Part shown: piece by piece, positions 19,302-28,022 of the stretch
Layout of the letters: each line of letters opens with the position of its first letter
How positions within the stretch are numbered: position 1 is the stretch's first letter
DNA from: a virus
IMG/VR virus record: IMGVR_UViG_2540341061_000001
Span: 149-64,148 of that record
DNA length: 64,000 nucleotides
Direction: 5' to 3' (one strand)
Notes under the pieces: model-generated
Database searches by the model: none
What the model was told of the DNA's origin: nothing
The model's input: only the letters and a program-made list of their open reading frames with translations
Made by a program: the position numbers and the translations under genes

Positions 19302-21536
19302 TTTGCCGCCATTATTACGGGCAGACCACACAATACCGGAAAGCAGGAAGTATACGCATGGGAGAGCGATTCCGTTGCCCCACATCTTGTATTCCGCAGC
19401 GTCGGAGTAAGGGTTTTTCAGCCACGCGAGTATCTGTTTCCGCGATTTCGGTTTTGAGGAGGTTCCGCAAATGAGCCTATGTGTCTCAAACACATCCGTC
19501 CAGAATGCGATCTCACCGTATGTGGGAGCGGCCGTTCCGAGGTCTGCGCACCACCAGTCAGGGAATCCCTGCAGTCTGGCGCATTCGGTCGGAGTAAGGC
19601 GGCGGACAGTGTATTCCGGCTCGGCTTTCGCAACGGCTCCGGGACCTTTCGCCAAAAGGGTCGGCTGAAGCTCCTCCTCGACGGAGGGTTTGTACTGCGC
19701 GTTTTTTCCCTGGTTGAAAGCATCCCTGCCGATACCGTAGCAAGGCTCTGCAATAAATGTAGGGTCCTTATAATCCCGCGCCAAAAGCGTAGGCGACTGC
19801 TCCTCGCCGATATTGGCAAAGGAACCAGTGGTCATAGCGTAAACAGCATGGCGGTCGGCGGTGTTGAGGGTAAAGGAAATGTCCTCGTTCACACCGTCGC
19901 CCTGCGGACCATTCTCTTCTTTGCGCCCGATCATCGAACCTTGAAGCACATAGGTTTGCTGCTTTGTTGCCGCTCTGCAAAGCGCACCGCTCTTGTCACC
20001 GAGGATACGGACTTCGTCACGCTGGTTCTGCGTAAACGGGATACCTTCCACCACGGCTATACCACCCTGGTTGCAGGTGGGGTTGCCGCCATTACCGTCA
20101 AGACAGCGGGACGAGTCGGCTTTATAAAAACCGCTGTGCGGATTATCCGATTTCATGGAATTGGAGTCTTTGGAGCAGATGCCGTAGGCCTCTACCACGC
20201 AGTTGAAGTTGTCCTTATCCGGCATCCGCTGATTGCCGCCGGCATTATTCGCTGTGAGCGTGGGAGACACATCACCGCCATCCCAGGCTTTCGGCTCGAA
20301 AAGCGTCTGGTCATTGTTGCAGGACAGCGTAGCTGACCTATCCTCCTGAATCAGAGCGCCTTTCCCGCCGCCTTCGCAGCCGCAGCGTATCTTCAAAGTT
20401 TTTGGCGTACCTACTACGAACGGCTGATTATTACCGCCCGTGCCGTAGGTCGAGAGTACTGTGGGTGCAACATCACCTGTATCGGTGTAGCGGGTGTCCT
20501 GGCTGTGGTTTTCATACACTGTCGCCGGAACAACACCCGCGCGGAGCGTGGGAGACATCTCTTCCTCATAGCCAATCGACCGTGCTTTTGCCGAATGCTC
20601 GGTACAGAAGCCCGCCGATTCCATAACACATGGAGGATGATGCGCTTCCGCACGAAGCGTACTGGTCAAATCATGAGTCACATCCATACGGTCTCCGCCC
20701 TGGTCATTGAGCACGACGCCGTTTCTTCCAGTGCTCATGCCGCAGTTGATGCCGAGGGTGGCGGCTTTATCTTCAGTCAGACTGCCGTTATATCCGTCAA
20801 AACCGACGCCTGTCTTGTCAGCGCCGTTTTCAGCACTGCGGGCAGTTCCTTGCCACGCACGGAAGCCCTCCGAAGAATACCCTGACAGGCCTTCGGACTC
20901 AAATAATATTTGTCCGGCACTCCGACCTGCAAAATCCGCGACAAGGAAGATACGTTTTCTTCTCTGGGGAACTCCCCAAAACTGCGCATCGAGAACTCTC
21001 CACGCGACGGAGAAATCATCTCCCAGGATTTCACCTGCGGATTCCCACTTTTTATATTCAGGAACATCACAGGTTTCGTCTTTGATTTTGCAGACAGCGT
21101 CGAGGACTGCTTTGAAGTCTTCTCCCTTATTTGAAGAGAAGGCACCGGGGACATTCTCCCAGCAGATCCATCTCGGATACTTTCCATCGGTTGAGCACCT
21201 CATTTCTTTTACGATTCGGACAGCTTCATAGAAAAGGTTGGAGCGGCTGCCGTCCAGTCCCGCTCTCTTACCGGCAACGGACATATCCTGGCAGGGACTG
21301 CCGAAGGTGATAATGTCCACCGGCTCAATCTCGCCGCCGTTCATCTTGCTGACATCACCATAGTGCTTCATGAACGGCAGGCGTTTGGTGGTCACTCTTA
21401 TGGGAAAAGGCTCAACCTCCGATGCCCAGACCGGCTTAATACCGGAAAGAAGCCCTCCCAAAGGAAAACCCCCGGAGCCATCAAACAGGCTGCCGAGGGT
21501 AAGTCCGCTTTCGGACATAGACTTATTCTGTTTCAT
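19290..21536 (-). CDS. DNA (cytosine-5) methyltransferase with very long modular variable region
   Basis: LFDGSGG (I), GSPCQD (IV), ENV (VI), QRRKR (VIII), RRLTPTECARLQGFPD (IX), GNGIA (X). Confidence 0.95.
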   Translation of the reverse strand: MKQNKSMSESGLTLGSLFDGSGGFPLGGLLSGIKPVWASEVEPFPIRVTTKRLPFMKHYGDVSKMNGGEIEPVDIITFGSPCQDMSVAGKRAGLDGSRSNLFYEAVRIVKEMRCSTDGKYPRWICWENVPGAFSSNKGEDFKAVLDAVCKIKDETCDVPEYKKWESAGEILGDDFSVAWRVLDAQFWGVPQRRKRIFLVADFAGRSAGQILFESEGLSGYSSEGFRAWQGTARSAENGADKTGVGFDGYNGSLTEDKAATLGINCGMSTGRNGVVLNDQGGDRMDVTHDLTSTLRAEAHHPPCVMESAGFCTEHSAKARSIGYEEEMSPTLRAGVVPATVYENHSQDTRYTDTGDVAPTVLSTYGTGGNNQPFVVGTPKTLKIRCGCEGGGKGALIQEDRSATLSCNNDQTLFEPKAWDGGDVSPTLTANNAGGNQRMPDKDNFNCVVEAYGICSKDSNSMKSDNPHSGFYKADSSRCLDGNGGNPTCNQGGIAVVEGIPFTQNQRDEVRILGDKSGALCRAATKQQTYVLQGSMIGRKEENGPQGDGVNEDISFTLNTADRHAVYAMTTGSFANIGEEQSPTLLARDYKDPTFIAEPCYGIGRDAFNQGKNAQYKPSVEEELQPTLLAKGPGAVAKAEPEYTVRRLTPTECARLQGFPDWWCADLGTAAPTYGEIAFWTDVFETHRLICGTSSKPKSRKQILAWLKNPYSDAAEYKMWGNGIALPCVYFLLSGIVWSARNNGGKTSE
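20777..21187 (-). CDS. Alternative-frame ORF nested in the C5-MTase gene (EcoHK31I beta-like)
   Basis: 136 codons open on the same strand in another frame; SSLSRILQ..PDKYYLSPKACQGILRRA segment. Confidence 0.5.
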   Translation of the reverse strand: MESIRDGSAGRMSPVPSLQIREKTSKQSSTLSAKSKTKPVMFLNIKSGNPQVKSWEMISPSRGEFSMRSFGEFPREENVSSLSRILQVGVPDKYYLSPKACQGILRRASVRGKELPAVLKTALTRQASVLTDITAV

Positions 21537-22767
21537 CCGTCTGCACCTCCTCAAATCTGAGGGTCTTGCCGTTCCGGATGACCGATACGTTTTCGCTTGT
21601 ACCGACCTGCTCGATGTACCGTTTTACAATTACATCGCAGTACTTCTCATCGAGCTCGGCTGTATAACAGATACGCCCGGACTGCTCACAGGCGATGAGC
21701 GTAGACCCGCTTCCTCCGAATGGGTCGAGGACGATGGAGTTCGTAAGAGAGGAATTCATTATGGGGTAAGCCAGAAGCGGTATCGGTTTCATTGTGGGGT
21801 GATCGCCGTTTTTCTTCGGTTTGTCGAACTCCCAGATGGTGGTTTCCTTTCTGCCGGTGTACCACTGATGCTTTCCGCTTTTCTTCCAGCCGTACAGCAC
21901 TGGCTCGTGCTGCCACTGATACGGAGAGCGTCCAAGTACCAGAGACTGCTTTTTCCAGATACAGCAACCGGATAGATAGAACCCCGCGTCGTCAAAAGCG
22001 CGGCGGAAGTTCAACCCTTCGGTATCAGAGTGAAATACATATATACTGGCATCGTCCGCCATGCGGCTTGCTATATTGGTAAAGGCATCCAGGAGGAATT
22101 GATAAAACTTCTCGTTCGCCATATTGTCGTTCTTGATTTTTCCGGCGGAGCCTTCGTAATTGACATTATACGGTGGGTCGGTCACTACAAGGTTGACGCG
22201 ATGGTCACTGACAAGAATATTGTAGGTTTCTTTTTTGGTGGAGTCGCCGCAGATAAGCCTGTGCCGTCCGAGCGTCCAGACATCTCCGAATTTTGAGAAG
22301 GTCGGTTTTTGTAGTTCGGCTTCGACGTCGAAATCGTCATCCTTTACCTCGGTGTCCTTGCCGAACAAGTCCGATAGTTCCTTTTCATCGAAACCCGTAA
22401 GACCAAGGTCGAAGCCGAGCCCCTCGAGTTCTTCCAACTCTATCTTCAGAAGTTCCTCGTCCCATCCGGCATCAAGCGCCATACGGTTATCGGCGAGGAT
22501 ATATGCTTTCTTCTGCGCCTCGGTTAGGTGATCAACATATACACACGGTACTTCGGTGATGCCTTCCTCCATAGCCGCCTGGATTCTGCCGTGTCCGGCT
22601 ATGACGCCGTAGCTGCGGTCGATGAGGACGGGGTTCACAAAACCGAATTCCCGTAAAGAAGAGCGGATCTTTTTTATCTGCTCCGCCGAGTGTGTTCTCG
22701 CATTATTCTGATAAGGCACCAGCTTTGCGATGGGCACGAGCTGCATCTCAGTCGTTGTCTTGCTCAT
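21523..22767 (-). CDS. ParB-like N-terminal domain fused to amino (N6A/N4C) DNA methyltransferase
   Basis: NNARTHS..GHGR ParB motif; DPPY, HPTMKP, DPFGGSGST. Confidence 0.9.
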   Translation of the reverse strand: MSKTTTEMQLVPIAKLVPYQNNARTHSAEQIKKIRSSLREFGFVNPVLIDRSYGVIAGHGRIQAAMEEGITEVPCVYVDHLTEAQKKAYILADNRMALDAGWDEELLKIELEELEGLGFDLGLTGFDEKELSDLFGKDTEVKDDDFDVEAELQKPTFSKFGDVWTLGRHRLICGDSTKKETYNILVSDHRVNLVVTDPPYNVNYEGSAGKIKNDNMANEKFYQFLLDAFTNIASRMADDASIYVFHSDTEGLNFRRAFDDAGFYLSGCCIWKKQSLVLGRSPYQWQHEPVLYGWKKSGKHQWYTGRKETTIWEFDKPKKNGDHPTMKPIPLLAYPIMNSSLTNSIVLDPFGGSGSTLIACEQSGRICYTAELDEKYCDVIVKRYIEQVGTSENVSVIRNGKTLRFEEVQTDETE

Positions 22768-23917
22768 GCTTTTTCACCGCCTCTCGAAGTTCCTGCGAAC
22801 AGTGATTCCACTCCCATCTTTCGCAGCCGCCGAAGTGACCGTAGGTCGAAGTCGCGGAATAATCCGTGTCGCTCAGCTTGAGAAATTCAATGATGGCGGC
22901 CGGACGGAAGTTGAATGTATCAATGACAGCGTTTCTGATTGCAGTATCGGAATACTTCCCTGTGCCGAAGGTGTCTACCTGAACGGATACAGGGTCGGCC
23001 TTGCCGATGGCATAGGATACGGCCACCTGGCATTTATCCGCCAGGCCGTTCTGAACAACGGACACGGCGACGCATCTTGCCATATATGCCGCAGAGCGGT
23101 CGACCTTGGTGGGGTCTTTGCCGGAGAATGCTCCGCCACCGTGCGCTCCCTCGCCGCCGTAGGTGTCCACGATGATTTTTCTGCCGGTCAGACCTGTGTC
23201 TGCGGCCGGACCGCCCTTTACGAATCTCCCGGATGGGTTGACGAGGATTTCTGTATCATTATCAAATGGAAAGCTCTCGAACACCGGCCATAGGACATTG
23301 GCGATAACTTCACTGCGGAGAACATCGAGGTCCTTGCCCTCGGAATGCTGAACGGAAACTACGATGGTCTTCACACGCACGGGCTTTCCGTCCTCATACT
23401 GAATGGTCACCTGTGCCTTGCCGTCGGAAAAAATTCCCTTGACAGTACCGTCCGAGCGAACCTTGTCGACCCGCTTGCAAATCTGATGAGCAAGTTCAAG
23501 CGGCAGAGGTATAAGGCTTTTGGTTTCATTGGTGGCGTAGCCGTAAACGGTGCCCTGATCTCCGGCGCCGATGGTGGAATACCAGGAGGTATCTCCATTC
23601 CTTGATTCAAGGGCTCTGGACACGCCGCCGTCGATGTCCTCCGATTGTTTATGTACATATACATAAATGAGGTACTGGAGTGGATTGTATCCGGCTTTCC
23701 GCAGCGCCTGTCGTGTAATAAATCGGATATCCACACGCTTTGAGCAGGTAATTTCACCAGCTACGATGATTTTGTGTCCCGTTGCCATGACTTCGCAGGC
23801 TACGCGGGAGGATTTATCAAGCCGCAGGCATTCGTCCAGAATGCTGTCGGCAATAAGGTCACACAGTTTATCCGGGTGACCGATGCATACGCTTTCGCAG
23901 GTTTTAAATGATGTCAT
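22748..23917 (-). CDS. metK: S-adenosylmethionine synthetase (phage-borne)
   Basis: GHPDK, GAGDQG, GGGAFSGKDPTKVDRS signatures. Confidence 0.95.
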   Translation of the reverse strand: MTSFKTCESVCIGHPDKLCDLIADSILDECLRLDKSSRVACEVMATGHKIIVAGEITCSKRVDIRFITRQALRKAGYNPLQYLIYVYVHKQSEDIDGGVSRALESRNGDTSWYSTIGAGDQGTVYGYATNETKSLIPLPLELAHQICKRVDKVRSDGTVKGIFSDGKAQVTIQYEDGKPVRVKTIVVSVQHSEGKDLDVLRSEVIANVLWPVFESFPFDNDTEILVNPSGRFVKGGPAADTGLTGRKIIVDTYGGEGAHGGGAFSGKDPTKVDRSAAYMARCVAVSVVQNGLADKCQVAVSYAIGKADPVSVQVDTFGTGKYSDTAIRNAVIDTFNFRPAAIIEFLKLSDTDYSATSTYGHFGGCERWEWNHCSQELREAVKKHEQDND

Positions 23918-23918
23918 A

Positions 23919-24467
23919 TCAAAATCCCTTTCTCTGATGAAGCAGTCGTTCCAAATCATCATTAGGGTTTGCGCCGCTGAAATCCACGGTACAATTCTCC
24001 TTGACGATCTGCATGATGGCGTCCCACTGACGGGCTGCCTGGTTCATATAGTTGATGCCGATATTTATAAACGGAGAAGTAATCGGCTTTCCGGTTGTCG
24101 GATGCTTTGAGAGGAAACCGAGCTCATTGGTCATCTCCTCGCACTGAATCCATCGCGCCACGCACATGGCATAACGCTCTATTGTCTGGGGAGACACATA
24201 GGAAGAGCAGCCGATATTGCTGAGCCACTGCCATGTTTCCTCGTATATAACCTTTGCGCGGAGCTCCGTACCATCGCGCTGTTTTGCCGAGAGGATGTCT
24301 TTCGGCTTCGGCATTGCCGTCCCCTCAACATCGGGAATGTCCAGAACGGTAAGTTTCCTGCCTCCCGGATTGCCGCTGGCCGCTTTTTCGGTCACGGCTT
24401 TTTTCTTACGCCCGGCGCCGGGTCTTTTTCCGCCCTGCCCACCGGTGTTATTCGATTTTGTCGGCAT
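23919..24467 (-). CDS. terS: Terminase small subunit (P27 family)
   Basis: GG.RPGAGRK N-terminus; YAMCVARW..CE motif; downstream of HNH. Confidence 0.8.
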   Translation of the reverse strand: MPTKSNNTGGQGGKRPGAGRKKKAVTEKAASGNPGGRKLTVLDIPDVEGTAMPKPKDILSAKQRDGTELRAKVIYEETWQWLSNIGCSSYVSPQTIERYAMCVARWIQCEEMTNELGFLSKHPTTGKPITSPFINIGINYMNQAARQWDAIMQIVKENCTVDFSGANPNDDLERLLHQRKGF

Positions 24468-24580
24468 TTTCTCACCGCCTTCCTTTATCACCCTTTTGAT
24501 TTCGCCTTTTGTTCACACGTGACCCCAGGCCGTTGCTCGGGATTAAAAACCGTAGAGATTCGAACGCCCCACCGGGTGCG

Positions 24581-24952
24581 TCAGTCGTCAAAGCTGTGCT
24601 GCTTTCGTGTTCCAAGTTCACCGTGCGCCTTCATATGGCAGGAACGGCAGAGAGACACGAGGTTTGACCGTTCATGCGTTCCGCCTTCCGAGAGCGGGAC
24701 ACGATGGTGGACTTCCTCAGCCGGACGGTAGATGCCATGCTTCAAGCACTCCTCGCACATGGGAGACTCACGGATTTTTCTGTCCCTGATCCGTTTCCAG
24801 GCGCGTCCGTATACATTCTTGTCGGTTGGTCGCTGGTATCGGTTGTAGAAATGTTCGGCTTCCGTTTTGTGTTCCGGGCAGTAAATCTCACCGTCCCCGG
24901 CAAGGTTGGGACAGCCGTTCATACGGCAGGGCCTTTTTGGTTTCTTCGGCAC
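24581..24952 (-). CDS. HNH endonuclease (packaging-associated)
   Basis: CEEC..EVHH..GGTH..NLVSLCRSCH. Confidence 0.9.
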   Translation of the reverse strand: MPKKPKRPCRMNGCPNLAGDGEIYCPEHKTEAEHFYNRYQRPTDKNVYGRAWKRIRDRKIRESPMCEECLKHGIYRPAEEVHHRVPLSEGGTHERSNLVSLCRSCHMKAHGELGTRKQHSFDD

Positions 24953-25088
24953 TCATTTCACCTCCGTTTCCGCGCATAAGAAAAGCCCTGGGGGATTGCT
25001 CCCTCAAGGCCTTTCGGATCATACACTTTTCTATACTACCATTATACCTATATTGACCGGGACAATCTGTGCCATAGTGTGCCAACAT

Positions 25089-25502
25089 TCAAACCGGCAC
25101 AGAAAAGTTATAAAGAGCAGTTGAATGAATCCTGTGTACCGTCCGTCCGGAAACATTGAGTAGCTGTGCGATGTCGTCCCAATTATAGTTATTGAGGTAC
25201 CGGTATCGGAGAAGCAGGCGCTCATCCACGTTAGACACCCGGTCGATTGCCGCGTTCATTTCCGTTTTCAAATCCACATAGCGGTCGATGTCGCGGTTGA
25301 TTACCTTTTCCAGGTCAACGATTTTCTCAATAATTCTTGCGAACGGGGCTTCGGTGCTGCGCGACTTGCTGACGCGCTCACCCTCAAAACTGCAGGATGT
25401 CAGCCTTGTGGAGTAATCCCGCAGGCGCTCCAGTTCAGTAATGCGGGAGTCAATCAGCTCGTTGAGCCGATATGCCTGCCGTAAGTATTCTTTTGCCGTC
25501 AT
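25089..25502 (-). CDS. Late transcriptional activator (ArpU/RinA-like)
   Basis: AKEYLRQAY N-terminus; LRYRY..W..IA..HRIH..AL sigma-region-4-like HTH. Confidence 0.75.
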   Translation of the reverse strand: MTAKEYLRQAYRLNELIDSRITELERLRDYSTRLTSCSFEGERVSKSRSTEAPFARIIEKIVDLEKVINRDIDRYVDLKTEMNAAIDRVSNVDERLLLRYRYLNNYNWDDIAQLLNVSGRTVHRIHSTALYNFSVPV

Positions 25503-25720
25503 AGAAATGCCTCCTCTCTCAGCTTTCGTATCAGCATCTCACCATCGACGGAGGTGAGAGTTTCGTACCAGTCGGAACGGAAGAACCGCTCCATTTCATT
25601 AACAGCGGCCATCGCGGATCGGCTGTGCGGGTTTTTGCTCAACAGCTTCAACGCTTGCCTGTAATCCTTGACTGCCAGCAGGATGATGGCGTTTGCGAGA
25701 TTTTCATAAGCGTCCGTCAT
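25499..25720 (-). CDS. Conserved phage hypothetical protein
   Basis: YENLANAIIL.AVKDY..FFRSDW motif; coupled to helicase stop. Confidence 0.7.
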   Translation of the reverse strand: MTDAYENLANAIILLAVKDYRQALKLLSKNPHSRSAMAAVNEMERFFRSDWYETLTSVDGEMLIRKLREEAFL

Positions 25721-27092
25721 TTCACTGCCTCCAAATCCGCCTTGACCGCATCGATAAGGCTTTGCTGGGTGACGTCCTTTTGTGACAGCACCTTGAGAAT
25801 CCGCTGGTCTATGGTGTCCTCGGTCACGATGTGCTGAAGCACCACGGTTTTGGATTCCTGCCCCTGTCGCCACAATCGGGCGTTCGTCTGCTGGTAGAGT
25901 TCAAGACTCCATGTGAGTCCGAACCATACGATGGCGCTGCCGCCGGATTGAAGATTCAGTCCGTGTCCGGCAGATGCGGGGTGTATCAGACCCACGGGGA
26001 TCTCGCCGTTATTCCACCTCTTGATACTGTCGGCTTTATCCATTTCGGAAAACGGGATATGGAGACTGTGCAGCCGTTCTTTTATTCGCTCAAGGTCATG
26101 CCGGAACCAGTATGCTACCAGAACAGGCTTTCCGTTCGCCGCCTCAATTAAATCCTCCAGCGCATCCAGCTTTCTGTCGTGGATGTGGGTAACAGAACCG
26201 TCATCGGCGTAGACCGCGCCGTTCGCCATCTGGGACAGCTTGTTTGTAAGGCTTGCGGCGTTGGCGGCCGTTACCTCACCGTCCGGCAAGGCAAGCACCA
26301 GGTCGTCCTTAAGTGCATCGTATCGTTCACGTTCTTTTTCTGAAAGCCGCACCGTGTACTCGCTTGAAATCAGTTGCGGCATACGGATGAAGTCTGTCGC
26401 CTTCATGGAAATGGTCATATCGGATATTTTCTCGTATATACGTTCCTCCGCACCGGGAAGGGGCTTATAGCTGAATACCACCATGCCGTTTCGCTTATCC
26501 GGGGTAAAGTACTCGTTGCGGTAGTGGGTGATGTATCTTCCGAGCCGCTGTCCCATATCCAGCAGACGAAACTCCGCCCATAAATCCATAAGTCCGTTTG
26601 AGGCGGGCGTACCGGTCAGTCCAATAATCCGTTTTACCCTGGGTCTTACAGTCATAAGGCTTTTGAATCTTTTCGCCTGTCCGTTTTTGAAGGAGGAAAG
26701 CTCGTCTATAACCACGGTGTCATAATCAAAGGGGACGCCGCTCTTTTCCACCAGCCACTGGACGTTCTCACGGTTGATAATGTAAATGTCGGCTTTTGTT
26801 TTCAGTGCCGCATGCCGTTCTTCTTCCGTGCCAACCGCCACGCTGATTATGAGATCTTTCAGATGATCCCATTTCTCAACCTCCGCAGGCCATGTATCTC
26901 TCGCGACCCGGAGGGGCGCTATAACCAGCACCCGGTGTGATTCAAAGCTGTCGAACAGAAGATTGATAACCGCCGTCAGCGTAATGACCGTCTTGCTCAG
27001 CCGAGGCCCATATCTAAGAGGACTGCGGCGTTTTTATGCTTTTCGATGTAATCGACTGCATGGCTCTGGTACTCATGTGGTATGAACTTCAT
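25717..27092 (-). pseudogene. SNF2-family helicase split inside motif I by TGA plus a 5-nt offset (pseudogene or recoded)
   Basis: 27092-26997 encodes MKFIPHEYQ...LLDMGLG*; KTVITLT resumes at 26994 in the frame of the ORF with DELS, TGTP, HGLNLQ, NARLWRQGQ. Confidence 0.8.
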
Positions 27093-27369
27093 CCGGCATC
27101 ACCTCCTTCACGATTTTGTCTATATTCGTTGCGGTATCAAGGACATAAACCTTGAAGCCGAGTTTTCTAAGTAACCTGTGTCTTGCCATCTGCAGCGGCC
27201 TCGGCTTTTCTCCCGGAGCTTTCACTTCTACGAAAGCCATTCTGCCGTTCGGAAGGAGCAGCAGTCTGTCCGGCATCCCGTCATAGCCGGGGGACACAAA
27301 CTTGGGGGCAATACCGCCGGCCGCCTTGACCGCATTCACCAGTTTTCGCTCAATCTGTTTTTCTCTCAT
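27073..27369 (-). CDS. VRR-NUC domain nuclease
   Basis: MREKQIE..GMPDRL..FVEVKAPG. Confidence 0.9.
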   Translation of the reverse strand: MREKQIERKLVNAVKAAGGIAPKFVSPGYDGMPDRLLLLPNGRMAFVEVKAPGEKPRPLQMARHRLLRKLGFKVYVLDTATNIDKIVKEVMPDEVHTT

Positions 27370-27853
27370 ATTCCAGTACCTCAAATGCCACAGCTTTCGC
27401 CGCCTCAAGCGTTTCAATCCTTCGGTTTTCCCACCACTGGTACGGTTCACCGTCAATGACGACCTTGTAGAATTCTCTGCCGCGATAGCTGTCTATTTCT
27501 GCCGTTATCGTTCTGCGGGTTTTGGGCAGTACCCTGAATCCCGCCGGATGTTCCACCCACTGCTTTTTCAGAAACGCTCTTTTCCGTGACTCTTTACGTT
27601 TTGCCGCATCGTCACGCTCCTGCGCCGCCAGCATATTCCCGGACATGGTGCCGTCGCATACGCAGCCGACCCGGAACTCGCCGATCCACTGGGGATGAAC
27701 CATAACGTGGACATATCTGATGCGGTCATAGTCGCAGAGCTCACAGGTGAAGGTTGCATCTTCCATTGTGATGACATCCTCGCAGACCCAACCGCTGCAG
27801 GGAGCGCCGATTGATTCCAGTCTTGCGATGCATTTCTGCGAATATCCGCTCAC
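27350..27853 (-). CDS. Hypothetical Cys/His-rich protein
   Basis: CELC, HVMVH and CVC clusters; GGAG RBS. Confidence 0.6.
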   Translation of the reverse strand: MSGYSQKCIARLESIGAPCSGWVCEDVITMEDATFTCELCDYDRIRYVHVMVHPQWIGEFRVGCVCDGTMSGNMLAAQERDDAAKRKESRKRAFLKKQWVEHPAGFRVLPKTRRTITAEIDSYRGREFYKVVIDGEPYQWWENRRIETLEAAKAVAFEVLEYERKTD

Positions 27854-27886
27854 TTTTACTCCTCCGTTCTGACAAAAATAATAAAT

Positions 27887-28022
27887 GTAACGAAAGTAAC
27901 TACTTGTAGGAGAAACATATATCTCGTATAGAGCTTTTTCTTTACGACCCCCATGAAATTAAAACTACATATATATATGGTTGTCTTCCGAATGAGGGTG
28001 TTACGGGGGTTATTCTCGTTAC
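27887..28022. other. Candidate prophage replication origin
   Basis: GTAAC x2 facing GTTAC x2 across an AT-rich spacer with a (TA)n run, just 3' of the primase gene. Confidence 0.4.

Noticed and set aside
24495-24580. cos site between HNH and terS
   Set aside because: Position is plausible for an HK97-like phage, but no sequence feature here lets me place it
27020-27040. -1 frameshift at CAT AAA AAC to explain the split helicase
   Set aside because: Only five A's, a TAA lies in the -1 frame at that point, and shifting there would destroy the LLDMGLG motif
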